64,000 nucleotides of DNA from the NCBI GenBank assembly GCA_965203315.1, contig CBDBCE010000004.1, positions 224,001 to 288,000 of the forward strand, written 5' to 3'. Numbering within the stretch: position 1 is the first letter of the stretch; every line of letters starts with the position of its first letter. Below, piece by piece: positions 18,301-26,393 of the stretch. This DNA is from Nitrosopumilus sp. Its GTDB lineage: Archaea > Thermoproteota > Nitrososphaeria > Nitrososphaerales > Nitrosopumilaceae. Below the pieces are notes generated by a model. That model searched no databases. It saw only the letters and a list, made by a program, of their open reading frames with translations, and was not told the origin of the DNA. The translations under genes were made by a program, and so were the position numbers.

Positions 18301-20022
18301 AACCAAAACATACAGTATCCTGATCTCGACAAAAGAATTGGAGATACATATCTCAAAAGAGTCAAAGAGATCAACCCAAACATTGGACTAACGACATCAC
18401 TACGAGATTCTTATCTTCGTTCACTCCGTTGGGCATCAGATAGAATCGGCGAATCAGGCATAATTGGCTTTGTAACAAACGCAGGATTTATCAGATCTGA
18501 CGCTGGTGCAGGCGTCCGCGCCTCTCTCCACGAAGAATTCACAGACATTTACTGCTTTGACCTGCGTGGAAATCAACGAACGCAGGGAGAAATATCAAAG
18601 AAAGAAGGAGGAAAAATATTCGGTTCAGGCTCGCGCGCACCAGTCGCCATCACAATACTAGTCAAAAACCCAAACAAGAAAAAACACACCATACATTACA
18701 AAGATATCGGCGACTATCTATCCAGAGAAGAAAAACTAGACACAATATCAAAATACAAATCCATCCAACATATCAAAGACTGGGATACCATCACACCCGA
18801 CAAGCACCACGACTGGGTTGGTCAACGCTCCGACGAGTTTGAACAGTACACAGCAATGGGCAACAAAGAGACCAAGGCTGGTAAAGAGGTCACTGCAATG
18901 TTCAAGTTATATTCGAGTGGTGTAAAAACACATCGCGACGTATGGGTTTACAATTCATCCAAAGAAATTTTATCAAAAAATATGAAACGAACCATTGATT
19001 ACTGCAACAAACAAGATTTGTCAAATCCCATACTTGATCCCAAATTTGTAAAATGGAGTCCAGGACTCACAGATAGATTAAATAAAACTAAACCAAAGTT
19101 TGATAATTCACAAATTCGACTTTTAGCATACAGGCCATTTTTTAAACAATATGTATATTTCGATAAAACATTCATTGAAGTACTATCACTCACTCCAAAA
19201 TTCTTCCCAGACAAAACATCTAAAAATCTAGTAATTATTGTACCATATCGACACGGAGGATTACCCTCTACATTCATAACTAATGTAGTTCCAGATTTAC
19301 AGACCATTCAAAATGATCAATGCTTTCCTTTGTACACATACGAGAATGATAAGAAAACAATCAACATTACAGATTACATATTAACACAATACCAAGATCA
19401 CTACAACGACAAGGCAATAACCAAAGAGGACATCTTTTACTATACGTATGGTCTATTACACCATGAAAAATACAAAAAGAAGTTTGCAAGCAATCTGTCC
19501 AAAGAACTACCAAGAATTCCAATGGCTCCAAACTTTCAAGCATTTGTCACAGCTGGACGCAAACTAGCAGATCTACATCTAAACTACGAGACCTGCAAAA
19601 AGTACCCACTCAAACCTAAAGCCAAATTTGGCAAGCTAGTAAAGATGGCATTCCCCAAAGTAACAAAAAACGGTAAAAAGATTCCAGACAAGACACGACT
19701 ATTCATAAACGGCATCGAAGTCTTTGACCTACCTGAAATAAAATACACAGTAAACGGCAGAACCCCAATCGAATGGATCATAGACCGATACCGCAGAACC
19801 GTAGATAAAGACAGTGGCATAGTAAATGATCCAACTGAAACAATGACTGAAGAAAAGACAATAGCAATGATTCAACGACTCGTACACGTAAGTGTCGAAT
19901 CTGACAAGATCATCAAAGAACTATCCGAAGAAGAGTTTGAACCGAAAGCGTGGAAACCGAAACCCTCTGGTCTAGATAGATACACCAACTCTAAAAACTA
20001 TCAATCAAAATTAAGAGGTTGA
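15361..20022 (+). CDS. Type ISP single-polypeptide restriction-modification enzyme (LlaGI/LlaBIII-like)
   Basis: Mrr-like nuclease (GIDIVA..AVQCK), SF2 helicase (MACGTGKT, DEAH, TATP, QSVGRVMR), N6-adenine MTase (DPFTGTG, GNPPY), C-terminal target-recognition region. Confidence 0.93.
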   Translation: MGTSKASIFDDVLCIIRASATSTSDLGKRFERLTKDFFKIDSMYSRRFRRVYLWSEWPKRDGTDTGIDIVAEQFDGTLCAVQCKCYDDYAGLDMKSVAKFLAKANSLGIENKILVYTGDTFTSHAQKLLLDSKCSIIDQEHFRSSSIDWSDYPKLVRVKDQKQLRPHQVSALKDVIHGFQKYDRGKLIMACGTGKTLTALHIAEEQVGTGGIVLYVVPSISLILQSMREWSDNGTIQHSYMAVCSDKSTGEDGSITELESPVSTDHTTLRPYIVSRPKDAMTVIFSTYHSIDVIKQAAKNIQFDLILCDEAHRTTGVEDKSFFTAVHKDTNIHGKKRLYMTATPRVYSDIIQAKMGKVIYSMDDEERYGPTFHRLSFTAAVQQKVLSDFRVKIAIVPADKIDAQFQQSVTDEDHSIPLDERTLLAAVWHGIQYPDDNKTPKLLQRVIAFANRIDRSQMFAGEITDGNNIDRSFASIVSQYEEKKNTGHKVQVKHMDGKTRAIERRDKLRWLDESTDDPNTCRIVSNARCLSEGIDVPALDGVIFLNPRKSRVDVVQSVGRVMRRSAGKKYGYVILPVAIPAGVEYHKALDNNKTFAVVWQVLNALRSHDESFGAEINSLILDKNTENTSPTPRISVSVLDDTFVESEPITKFFDHVKSQLVKKVGDVDYYDKYGEKIGSAASTIQSRIENLLKTNDTIQHEVSKFHKSLQDLINDTISEYDTVQALAHHMVLAPVFDGLFTGQFTSYNPISRAFEDIIRTMGLREELEILEEFYDEVQQEIKNINTGTARQEFIKRIYGNFFESADKKGTEQHGIVYTPVQIVDFIIHSVQYILKKEFNTEFADRQVKVLDPFTGTGTFLAQLINSGYLGENIYEKYKHDLYANELILLAYYVATVNIETVYSSVRNGHRHVPFDGISYTDTLKINPLYRTDERHRIQLKPFTGQFKQAHERVHAQRWSHLHVIMGNPPYSAKQSNYNDQNQNIQYPDLDKRIGDTYLKRVKEINPNIGLTTSLRDSYLRSLRWASDRIGESGIIGFVTNAGFIRSDAGAGVRASLHEEFTDIYCFDLRGNQRTQGEISKKEGGKIFGSGSRAPVAITILVKNPNKKKHTIHYKDIGDYLSREEKLDTISKYKSIQHIKDWDTITPDKHHDWVGQRSDEFEQYTAMGNKETKAGKEVTAMFKLYSSGVKTHRDVWVYNSSKEILSKNMKRTIDYCNKQDLSNPILDPKFVKWSPGLTDRLNKTKPKFDNSQIRLLAYRPFFKQYVYFDKTFIEVLSLTPKFFPDKTSKNLVIIVPYRHGGLPSTFITNVVPDLQTIQNDQCFPLYTYENDKKTINITDYILTQYQDHYNDKAITKEDIFYYTYGLLHHEKYKKKFASNLSKELPRIPMAPNFQAFVTAGRKLADLHLNYETCKKYPLKPKAKFGKLVKMAFPKVTKNGKKIPDKTRLFINGIEVFDLPEIKYTVNGRTPIEWIIDRYRRTVDKDSGIVNDPTETMTEEKTIAMIQRLVHVSVESDKIIKELSEEEFEPKAWKPKPSGLDRYTNSKNYQSKLRG

Positions 20023-20078
20023 ACTATCGATGTGGTGTTTGAATAACTTGTTATCTCACACTGCATTAGACCTATAAG

Positions 20079-20116
20079 TGAAATATTCGCCCCGCTATGA
20101 CCGTAGTCCGGACACC
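20079..20116 (+). repeat. Solo IS3-like terminal motif, also at about 22771-22813 and 63543-63583
   Basis: TGAAATATTCGCC..CAGTCAGGACAC consensus in three places. Confidence 0.55.
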
Positions 20117-20118
20117 GT

Positions 20119-20236
20119 GGATCTTTTCTATTTACGTAGGATGATTTTTTGCAAGGATTTTTTCATAATCTTCCTTTATGGATTCTTGTAGTGATTTTTC
20201 TATACCTCTTCTATCTCACGTAAGTCGAAAAGATCC
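20119..20236. mobile_element. MITE-A copy (reverse orientation)
   Basis: GGATCTTTTCTATTTACGT..ACGTAAGTCGAAAAGATCC. Confidence 0.9.
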
Positions 20237-20283
20237 TAATACACAAAGAATTTATGTCTTAAATAATAGATATTAGATCAGAA

Positions 20284-20691
20284 TTGGCTACTGTTCAAGT
20301 AAAGATTAAAGAAAAATCAGATATTGATAGAGTTCTATCTCATATCAAGCAATTGCAAACTAGTATGACCCAACTACAAACTAGCATAGATAGACTCGCT
20401 CAACAAAACATAGACATGAAGAGCATAAAACCAAAGATTGTCGATGCACTTGATGTCGATTTTGTAAAACAGGTATGTTATGAGAATAACTTTGATTGTA
20501 ATGTAATAAAATTGATTGTGATTTATAAGCACGACGATTATGACTTTGTAATTGATACAATATTTGAAAGATTTGGCAAATTGGAAGATCAATTTCCAGA
20601 CTTGGATCTACAAATGTTATTTTTTGATGTATCTAAAATTAAACCAAGTCGCTTAGATAACACAACCACTGTTTTTAAGAAAGAAGAGTAA
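20284..20691 (+). CDS. Putative antitoxin (degenerate MNT-like) of HEPN pair 1
   Basis: Paralogue of 23122-23526 (DFVKQVCYENN..IKL.VIY.HDD); directly upstream of a HEPN-like gene. Confidence 0.6.
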   Translation: MATVQVKIKEKSDIDRVLSHIKQLQTSMTQLQTSIDRLAQQNIDMKSIKPKIVDALDVDFVKQVCYENNFDCNVIKLIVIYKHDDYDFVIDTIFERFGKLEDQFPDLDLQMLFFDVSKIKPSRLDNTTTVFKKEE

Positions 20692-20694
20692 TTC

Positions 20695-21029
20695 ATGTCA
20701 TGGCATTACAAAAGGTATAAACGTAATAAGGAACTATTTGAACAGTTACGTAAGAACGAATTAAACTGTTATGACTGGCAAGTAACAATACTATTTTATG
20801 CGGCATTACATTTGGTTAATGACTTTTTTGAACGAAATGGATACATATCACCTGATAATCGTAAACTACGAAAAAAGATAATAAAAAACATCTCTCATAT
20901 TTGAAGAATAGCTATAATTTTTTATTTGATCTAAGTATACTTGCTCAATATGAAGAATTGGAGATAACTGTAAAAGACAGAGATAAAGCACTGACTGCTT
21001 CATCAATTTTAGAATCAAAAATTGGATAG
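20695..21029 (+). pseudogene. HEPN-like toxin, frameshifted
   Basis: DWQVTILFYAALHL; adding one A in the A-run at about 20883-20888 restores a reading frame collinear with 23532-23867 to TAG at 21029. Confidence 0.8.
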
Positions 21030-21147
21030 TGTCTGTCTTGTCTCAAGTATGCATAATTTGTTCTGATCAGTATACTGATTCAAGATAGTGTGCGACAACT
21101 AGATCTTATCAGATGCCACACTGTTTATTTTATCTAGCCGAGATTAC

Positions 21148-21262
21148 GGATCTTTTCGATTTACTAGAGATAGTGTTTCACAAAACTTTTTCTGCAATTT
21201 TCCATTATGGTGATGTAATGCTTTTTCCATAACCCTTCATCACACGTAAACCGAAAAGCTCC
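21148..21262. mobile_element. MITE-A copy (reverse orientation)
   Basis: GGATCTTTTCGATTTAC..ACGTAAACCGAAAAGCTCC. Confidence 0.85.
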
Positions 21263-21318
21263 TTTCAATTGATATGATGTTAATTTCCTATCTCTCTTCA
21301 ATACAGATTCTATCAATA

Positions 21319-21645
21319 TTATATGTCCAATCTACAGGCTTGCCCATAACAAGCATAAATACTCCAATACACCAATATGGCAAAAGAGACATAGCAAGAC
21401 AGTGATGCTATATCACTAGTTTTGTTGTTAGAAAATTGTCCCAGGATTATAGGAATCCATGCTGGAAAACTAACAAGAAACACGATAAATCTAAGATCAG
21501 ACATCCCAGAAAGTACATCACCTGAAGCAAACAAATAAAAAGAATTGAGAAGAACAACATTGGATAAAATAACACAAAGACCAACCCCATTCATTTTACG
21601 CAGATGAGAAAAAATAGAACTAGTATTTGGCATGCCACAACGCAA
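21319..21645 (-). CDS. Small 3-TM membrane protein (candidate immunity protein)
   Basis: Three hydrophobic segments; overlaps or abuts the 3' end of the secreted-protein gene. Confidence 0.55.
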   Translation of the reverse strand: MRCGMPNTSSIFSHLRKMNGVGLCVILSNVVLLNSFYLFASGDVLSGMSDLRFIVFLVSFPAWIPIILGQFSNNKTSDIASLSCYVSFAILVYWSIYACYGQACRLDI

Positions 21646-22495
21646 CGTAAGGACCCCACCAATATGCAGGCCAAGAATAAATTAGCACTTCAGGATTAGG
21701 TTCTGGGCTTTGTGAGTTATAATAATATCCGTTTTCGCCTTTATATATAAAAGCTTGACTTCGCATCTCATTATTGCTACAACCATGATATGTCGTACCT
21801 TTAGCATAATCCATACCGTATGAAAATGTAGCATATAATGCAACTACGTGGTATCCATTAGAGACTAGTAATGATTTTACTTTAACTAGTGAAGTGTAAT
21901 CGATACTAGCAACTATGGGAGGGGATGTATGAGGATCATTGAATCCTCCACCGCATGCAGTATCTGGTGCACCGTGATGTATAGGAACAATACTATCTAT
22001 ACCAAAAACAGTCACAATTGGTGTTTGTAAATAGTCATAGTACGCTGGAGTTATATCGTTTGTAGAACCGATTGCAAAATTGGTAAATAGTGCCTTAAAC
22101 TTTCCAGACTGAAACTCTTGTAAAGCACGTTCGAGTTCTACGTTGCTTGTTCCTAATTCATTTACCTTACCCACTGAACCAACTGTTGCGTTCATTATTG
22201 CATTATTATGTATTGCAAAATCTAACGCAACGTCAATGTCTTTTTGTGTTATTTTAGGATCTTTTATTGCAGATGTGTCAAATTCGATGTTCTTATTTTC
22301 TTCATATATGACAAAAGGTTCCATGACTCTGAATGCATGATTGATCTCTTGTAATGTATAATCTTGCAGTATATCGTCTAATTCCTCTGTTTGTGTTTGA
22401 TTAGATACGCCCGTATCGATGTTTTGTGCCAATACTGTGCCGGGCACTAAGAGTATGGCGAACAGACGTGATGTAGTAATTTGTACCTTGTTCAT
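21620..22495 (-). CDS. Secreted protein with signal peptide, acidic N-region and Trp/Cys-containing C-terminal domain
   Basis: MNKVQITTSRLFAILLVPGTVLA-Q signal; C-terminal EPNPEVLIYSWPAYWWGPYVALWH. Confidence 0.75.
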   Translation of the reverse strand: MNKVQITTSRLFAILLVPGTVLAQNIDTGVSNQTQTEELDDILQDYTLQEINHAFRVMEPFVIYEENKNIEFDTSAIKDPKITQKDIDVALDFAIHNNAIMNATVGSVGKVNELGTSNVELERALQEFQSGKFKALFTNFAIGSTNDITPAYYDYLQTPIVTVFGIDSIVPIHHGAPDTACGGGFNDPHTSPPIVASIDYTSLVKVKSLLVSNGYHVVALYATFSYGMDYAKGTTYHGCSNNEMRSQAFIYKGENGYYYNSQSPEPNPEVLIYSWPAYWWGPYVALWHAKY

Positions 22496-22656
22496 GTTAT
22501 TAATTGTTGCATAACTTTTTTACTATATATGGAAGTCGTATCTATGATACGTAATGTTTTTATATGTGCCCTAGAAGAGTCGATTCTGTCCGCTTACTAA
22601 TCTTGATATATCTACCAATTATCAATAAATTTCGTAAACATTAGACGACTCAAGGT
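22412..22656 (-). promoter_or_regulatory. Promoter plus signal-peptide module shared with 39583-39838
   Basis: About 245 bp of clear homology; TATAAAAA box followed by the near-palindrome CGTATCATAGATACG. Confidence 0.75.
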
Positions 22657-22886
22657 CTGATCGTAACATGTATTGCCACAACAAACCACAAAGATCATAT
22701 GCTACTAATCCTTCTACAAAACAACTGTGATCTGCATTCGTTTTAGTTAAGGGAGACAAGGATCTACGAGTGAAATATTCGCCTCAAACTCGACCCACAG
22801 TCAGGACACTTTCTCTCGCCATGAATCAACTCACACGACACACAACAGAACTCGATTGGCGATTTGTTAGTATTAGGGGTATTCGA

Positions 22887-22964
22887 AGATCTTTTCAATT
22901 TACATGAGATGGCATCTCGCAAGGTTTTCTGTACCGATTCACTCCACGTAAACCGAAAAGATCC
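22887..22964. mobile_element. MITE-A short variant (reverse orientation)
   Basis: AGATCTTTTCAATTTACATG..CACGTAAACCGAAAAGATCC. Confidence 0.85.
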
Positions 22965-23121
22965 AGTCTAGATCAATATATTGAAAATTCGAGCTAGTGT
23001 ATGAACGTTATCTATATCGCAGAATATCTATGTTGTGCTGTTTCTGGGCTAAAAACGGCATGGATGTCATACATAAAGTATTTATGTATTATGCGGTAAA
23101 TGTCTTTGGTGCAATTAGAAA

Positions 23122-23526
23122 ATGACTAGTGTTGAGCTAAAAAAGCCTGAAAAATCAGAAATAAGTGAGGTGTTGGCCAACAACAAACATCTACTAGACA
23201 CAACGAATAAAATACAAATTACAGTGGGAGTAGATCAAAGCCGAAAACCAAACATGGATAAAATAAAACCAAAAGTTATCGAAGCGTTTGATCTTGACTT
23301 CATAAAACAAGTATGTTATGAAAATAATGTCAATTATGATACTATAAAACTGCTTGTAATTTACGAACATGATGATGACGAGATTGCTGTAGATGCAATA
23401 TTTGATCAATTTCATAAATTAAATAAACAATTCCTAGACTTGAATATAGAGATGGCTTGGTATAACACATCTGAAATTAAATCTAGTGATCTAAATAACA
23501 CCACTATGATTTTTAAGAGAGACTAG
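23122..23526 (+). CDS. Putative antitoxin (degenerate MNT-like) of HEPN pair 2
   Basis: Paralogue of 20284-20691. Confidence 0.6.
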   Translation: MTSVELKKPEKSEISEVLANNKHLLDTTNKIQITVGVDQSRKPNMDKIKPKVIEAFDLDFIKQVCYENNVNYDTIKLLVIYEHDDDEIAVDAIFDQFHKLNKQFLDLNIEMAWYNTSEIKSSDLNNTTMIFKRD

Positions 23527-23531
23527 TACTC

Positions 23532-23867
23532 ATGACATGGCACTACAAAAAATATAGACACAACAAGAAATTATTTGATTATCTACACAAAAATACATCG
23601 AATTTTTGTGACTGGGAAGTAATTACATTGTTTTATTCAGCGTTGCATCTAATCAACGACTACTTTACAAAAAATGGACCTAACGTTCCTATAAATCACA
23701 GCACTAGAAATATAATGATAAAGCAACATCTTTCAGATATAACAGATGAATATTATACTCTATACTTACTAGGTAGACATGCACGATATAACCGATTCAA
23801 AATAACTGAAAAGCGTAGAGATATAGCATTAAATGCTTTCTTAACCTTAGAATCAAAAATTAGATAG
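23532..23867 (+). CDS. HEPN-like toxin (intact frame)
   Basis: DWEVITLFYSALHL, NHSTR and GRHARY motifs typical of HEPN-like nucleases. Confidence 0.7.
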   Translation: MTWHYKKYRHNKKLFDYLHKNTSNFCDWEVITLFYSALHLINDYFTKNGPNVPINHSTRNIMIKQHLSDITDEYYTLYLLGRHARYNRFKITEKRRDIALNAFLTLESKIR

Positions 23868-23888
23868 TATGCCTAGTTCCAAGTCGCA

Positions 23889-24037
23889 GGATCTTTTTGA
23901 TTCCGGTGGAATGGCACTTTGCAAGGTTTTCTAATTTTCCTTTATAGATCTTGTAGTGGATCTTTTCGGTTTACGTGGAGTGAATCGGTACAGAAAAAGC
24001 CTTGCGAAATACCATCCCACGTAAATCGAAAAGATCC
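23889..24037. mobile_element. Truncated MITE-A (23889-23957, reverse) abutting a short MITE-A (23958-24037, forward)
   Basis: Two GGATCTTTT starts; the second ends CCATCCCACGTAAATCGAAAAGATCC. Confidence 0.85.
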
Positions 24038-24094
24038 CTTTGTACTATTATTTCGCTTTAAATTCAATTCTACACATTACAGTATGATGTCAAG

Positions 24095-24268
24095 GGTTCT
24101 GTTAACATGACGGCGGTTGGCATTTTCTGCACAAAATTTTCGAAAAATTTTGCAAAATATAGAAACGACACCATATCGGCTATCGTAAATTACTATTGTG
24201 AGTCTCATGTTGTGCGTTCTTTGAGATAACGTCATCACGATCTTGACCACTGTCAATTGAACAGAACC
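24095..24268. mobile_element. MITE-D (IS6-like GGTTCTGTT ends)
   Basis: TIR GGTTCTGTT / GTCAATTGAACAGAACC; reverse-complement homologue at 53620-53796. Confidence 0.85.
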
Positions 24269-24901
24269 GATTATTAGAATTTATATATATTCATAACCGA
24301 ATTTCTCTTTCTTGTGATAATCTTTCATGTTTCCTGAGTCTATCTCTCGTGTACCTGTGATGCTACGCTGTCGCGGATTTTCCAAAATGAATTTTTTTAT
24401 TTTACGTTCTATAACTTTCATGGGATGTTTTCGATTTACGTTGGATGGTTTTTTAGACGACTTTTTCCTAAAACTACCCAACACTTCAAAAATAAAACAA
24501 TTGTGTGATATTTACTAGATTTCTATTTGTAATTTAGTATATGATAGAAAACTTTAAATGAATAAAATATTTTTAACTAAAAAATTAACTTTTTTTAAAA
24601 AAAGTGGTATATACTAGTATATTTCTACTACACATGTGAAGCAAAATCTAGAGCAAATCTGCATGTCTGATGCTACAAAAGAGTATTTGGAAATGTGCAA
24701 GTGTGTCAAAAAAGTACAAGATAACCACTACAAAGTCAAGATTCAAACAGGAGATGAAACATACGATGTTATGGGTGAACCAGGAAATTGGTTTTGCACT
24801 TGTAAAGGCTACAAGTTTGGAAAAAAGAGATGCAAACATGTCAAAATGGTTGATATCGTAGTGGAGGTTGGGACAAAAACAAAAGAAACTACGCTAGAGT
24901 C

Positions 24902-26393
24902 AGCCCTGTCGGATAAATAGGCGTAAAATGGAGAAAAGTGGCATCATGGAGACGATATCACCCCCAATGTTGTAGAGATCGGGCTCAATTTGAGTCAGAT
25001 TGGCTGAATTATGGATGTGTGTTTGCCTTGATAAGAAAATTTTGCCCAAACAATCTACTCATTAGATCTAATTTATTTACGCAAATTATTAATGTTACTT
25101 GATTACCATAGTTATAAAATAAAACTGTCAACAGTTGACAATGACGATTCATTCGATGGTACTTGTTAATCAAGTGGTCAAGGCAGCAAAGAAAGCGACG
25201 AAAAAACGTGCCAAGAAAATTGAAAAGAAATTAGGCTGTTCTGGAATAGGACGAAAGCTCACCAAAGCTACAAAACAAATTATGTACGTTATGAGTGCAG
25301 ATCCAGAGAAATGGCGTAAAGATTTGAAAAAAGAGAACAAGAAAAAGGGTAGGGGTAGACCTCACAAATATCCTGAATCATTGTTTGAGAAATTGGCAAT
25401 GGTACAAGAGTATTTTGATTTGACATATAGAGACTTGGAAGGATTTGCGTTAGAATGTTATGGAAAAGAATTTGCTCCAGATCATGATACGCTACAAGCA
25501 AGAATTTCTAATATGAAAGTAGATACAAGAAAACATATTAAACTTGAATCTGCGAAAATTACACTAGCAATCGACAGTTCAGGCCTGGTACAACATGCAG
25601 GTGGATTTTGGATTGAACATAAACACCATGTTGAGAAGAAAGGATTTGTAAAATTACACATTTGTATAGACGTAAAAACGCTAAAAATTCTAGAGTTTTC
25701 AGTAACTACAGATGAAGTTCATGACAATTCACAGCTACAAAAACTGGTAGGTGATTCAATAGCACAGATCAAAGATTATAATGATATTGAAGAGCTTTTA
25801 GCAGAGCTCTTGGCAGATGGTGCGTATGACGCAAATGATAATCATGTATTTTGCAAGGAAAATAACATCATAAATAAAATCAAAGTAAGAATAAGTTCGG
25901 TTATTGGTGATTGTGAAGAAAGAAACAAGGCGGTTATTGCACAGCTCTTAAATAACAAAAACATGGATTTGAGTGAATTAACTAAAGAACAAAAACTCGA
26001 AAATCGTGCAAAATGGAAGAAACGAGTAGGATACGGTAAACGTTCGCTAGTAGAAACAGTATTTTCGATGTTCAAAAATCTGTTTGGTGAACATGTTCGA
26101 TCAAGAAAATGGGAAAATATTGTTCAAGAGTTACGTTTGCGAGTTGCAACGTATAATCATTTGATAGATTTAGCTGCATAACTAGAAATTAATACTTCAA
26201 CAAAGTATTGATTTACAACTCTGTTATCTTGCATGAATTGTTGTTTGTGAATCATCAAATCATGACATAGCTAAAACGACTATCACTGCATGCAAATATA
26301 CGATCGGCTTGAGATGAGGTCTCGTAGTCCGATCTTGACGTCCAATATCCAGTAAATTTGCCACTTTTAGTGATTTTATTATCCGACAGGGCT
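24902..26393 (+). mobile_element. IS5-family (IS903-like) element
   Basis: TIR AGCCCTGTCGGATAA / TTATCCGACAGGGCT; 8-bp TSD CTAGAGTC. Confidence 0.92.
25135..26181 (+). CDS. IS5-family DDE transposase
   Basis: GRGRP, AIDSSG, KLHICID, ADGAYD, GYGKRSLVETVFSMFK. Confidence 0.92.
   Translation: MTMTIHSMVLVNQVVKAAKKATKKRAKKIEKKLGCSGIGRKLTKATKQIMYVMSADPEKWRKDLKKENKKKGRGRPHKYPESLFEKLAMVQEYFDLTYRDLEGFALECYGKEFAPDHDTLQARISNMKVDTRKHIKLESAKITLAIDSSGLVQHAGGFWIEHKHHVEKKGFVKLHICIDVKTLKILEFSVTTDEVHDNSQLQKLVGDSIAQIKDYNDIEELLAELLADGAYDANDNHVFCKENNIINKIKVRISSVIGDCEERNKAVIAQLLNNKNMDLSELTKEQKLENRAKWKKRVGYGKRSLVETVFSMFKNLFGEHVRSRKWENIVQELRLRVATYNHLIDLAA

Noticed and set aside
24636-24920. Stand-alone SWIM passenger gene
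   Set aside because: TSD analysis shows it is the 5' part of the IS6 transposase split by IS5.
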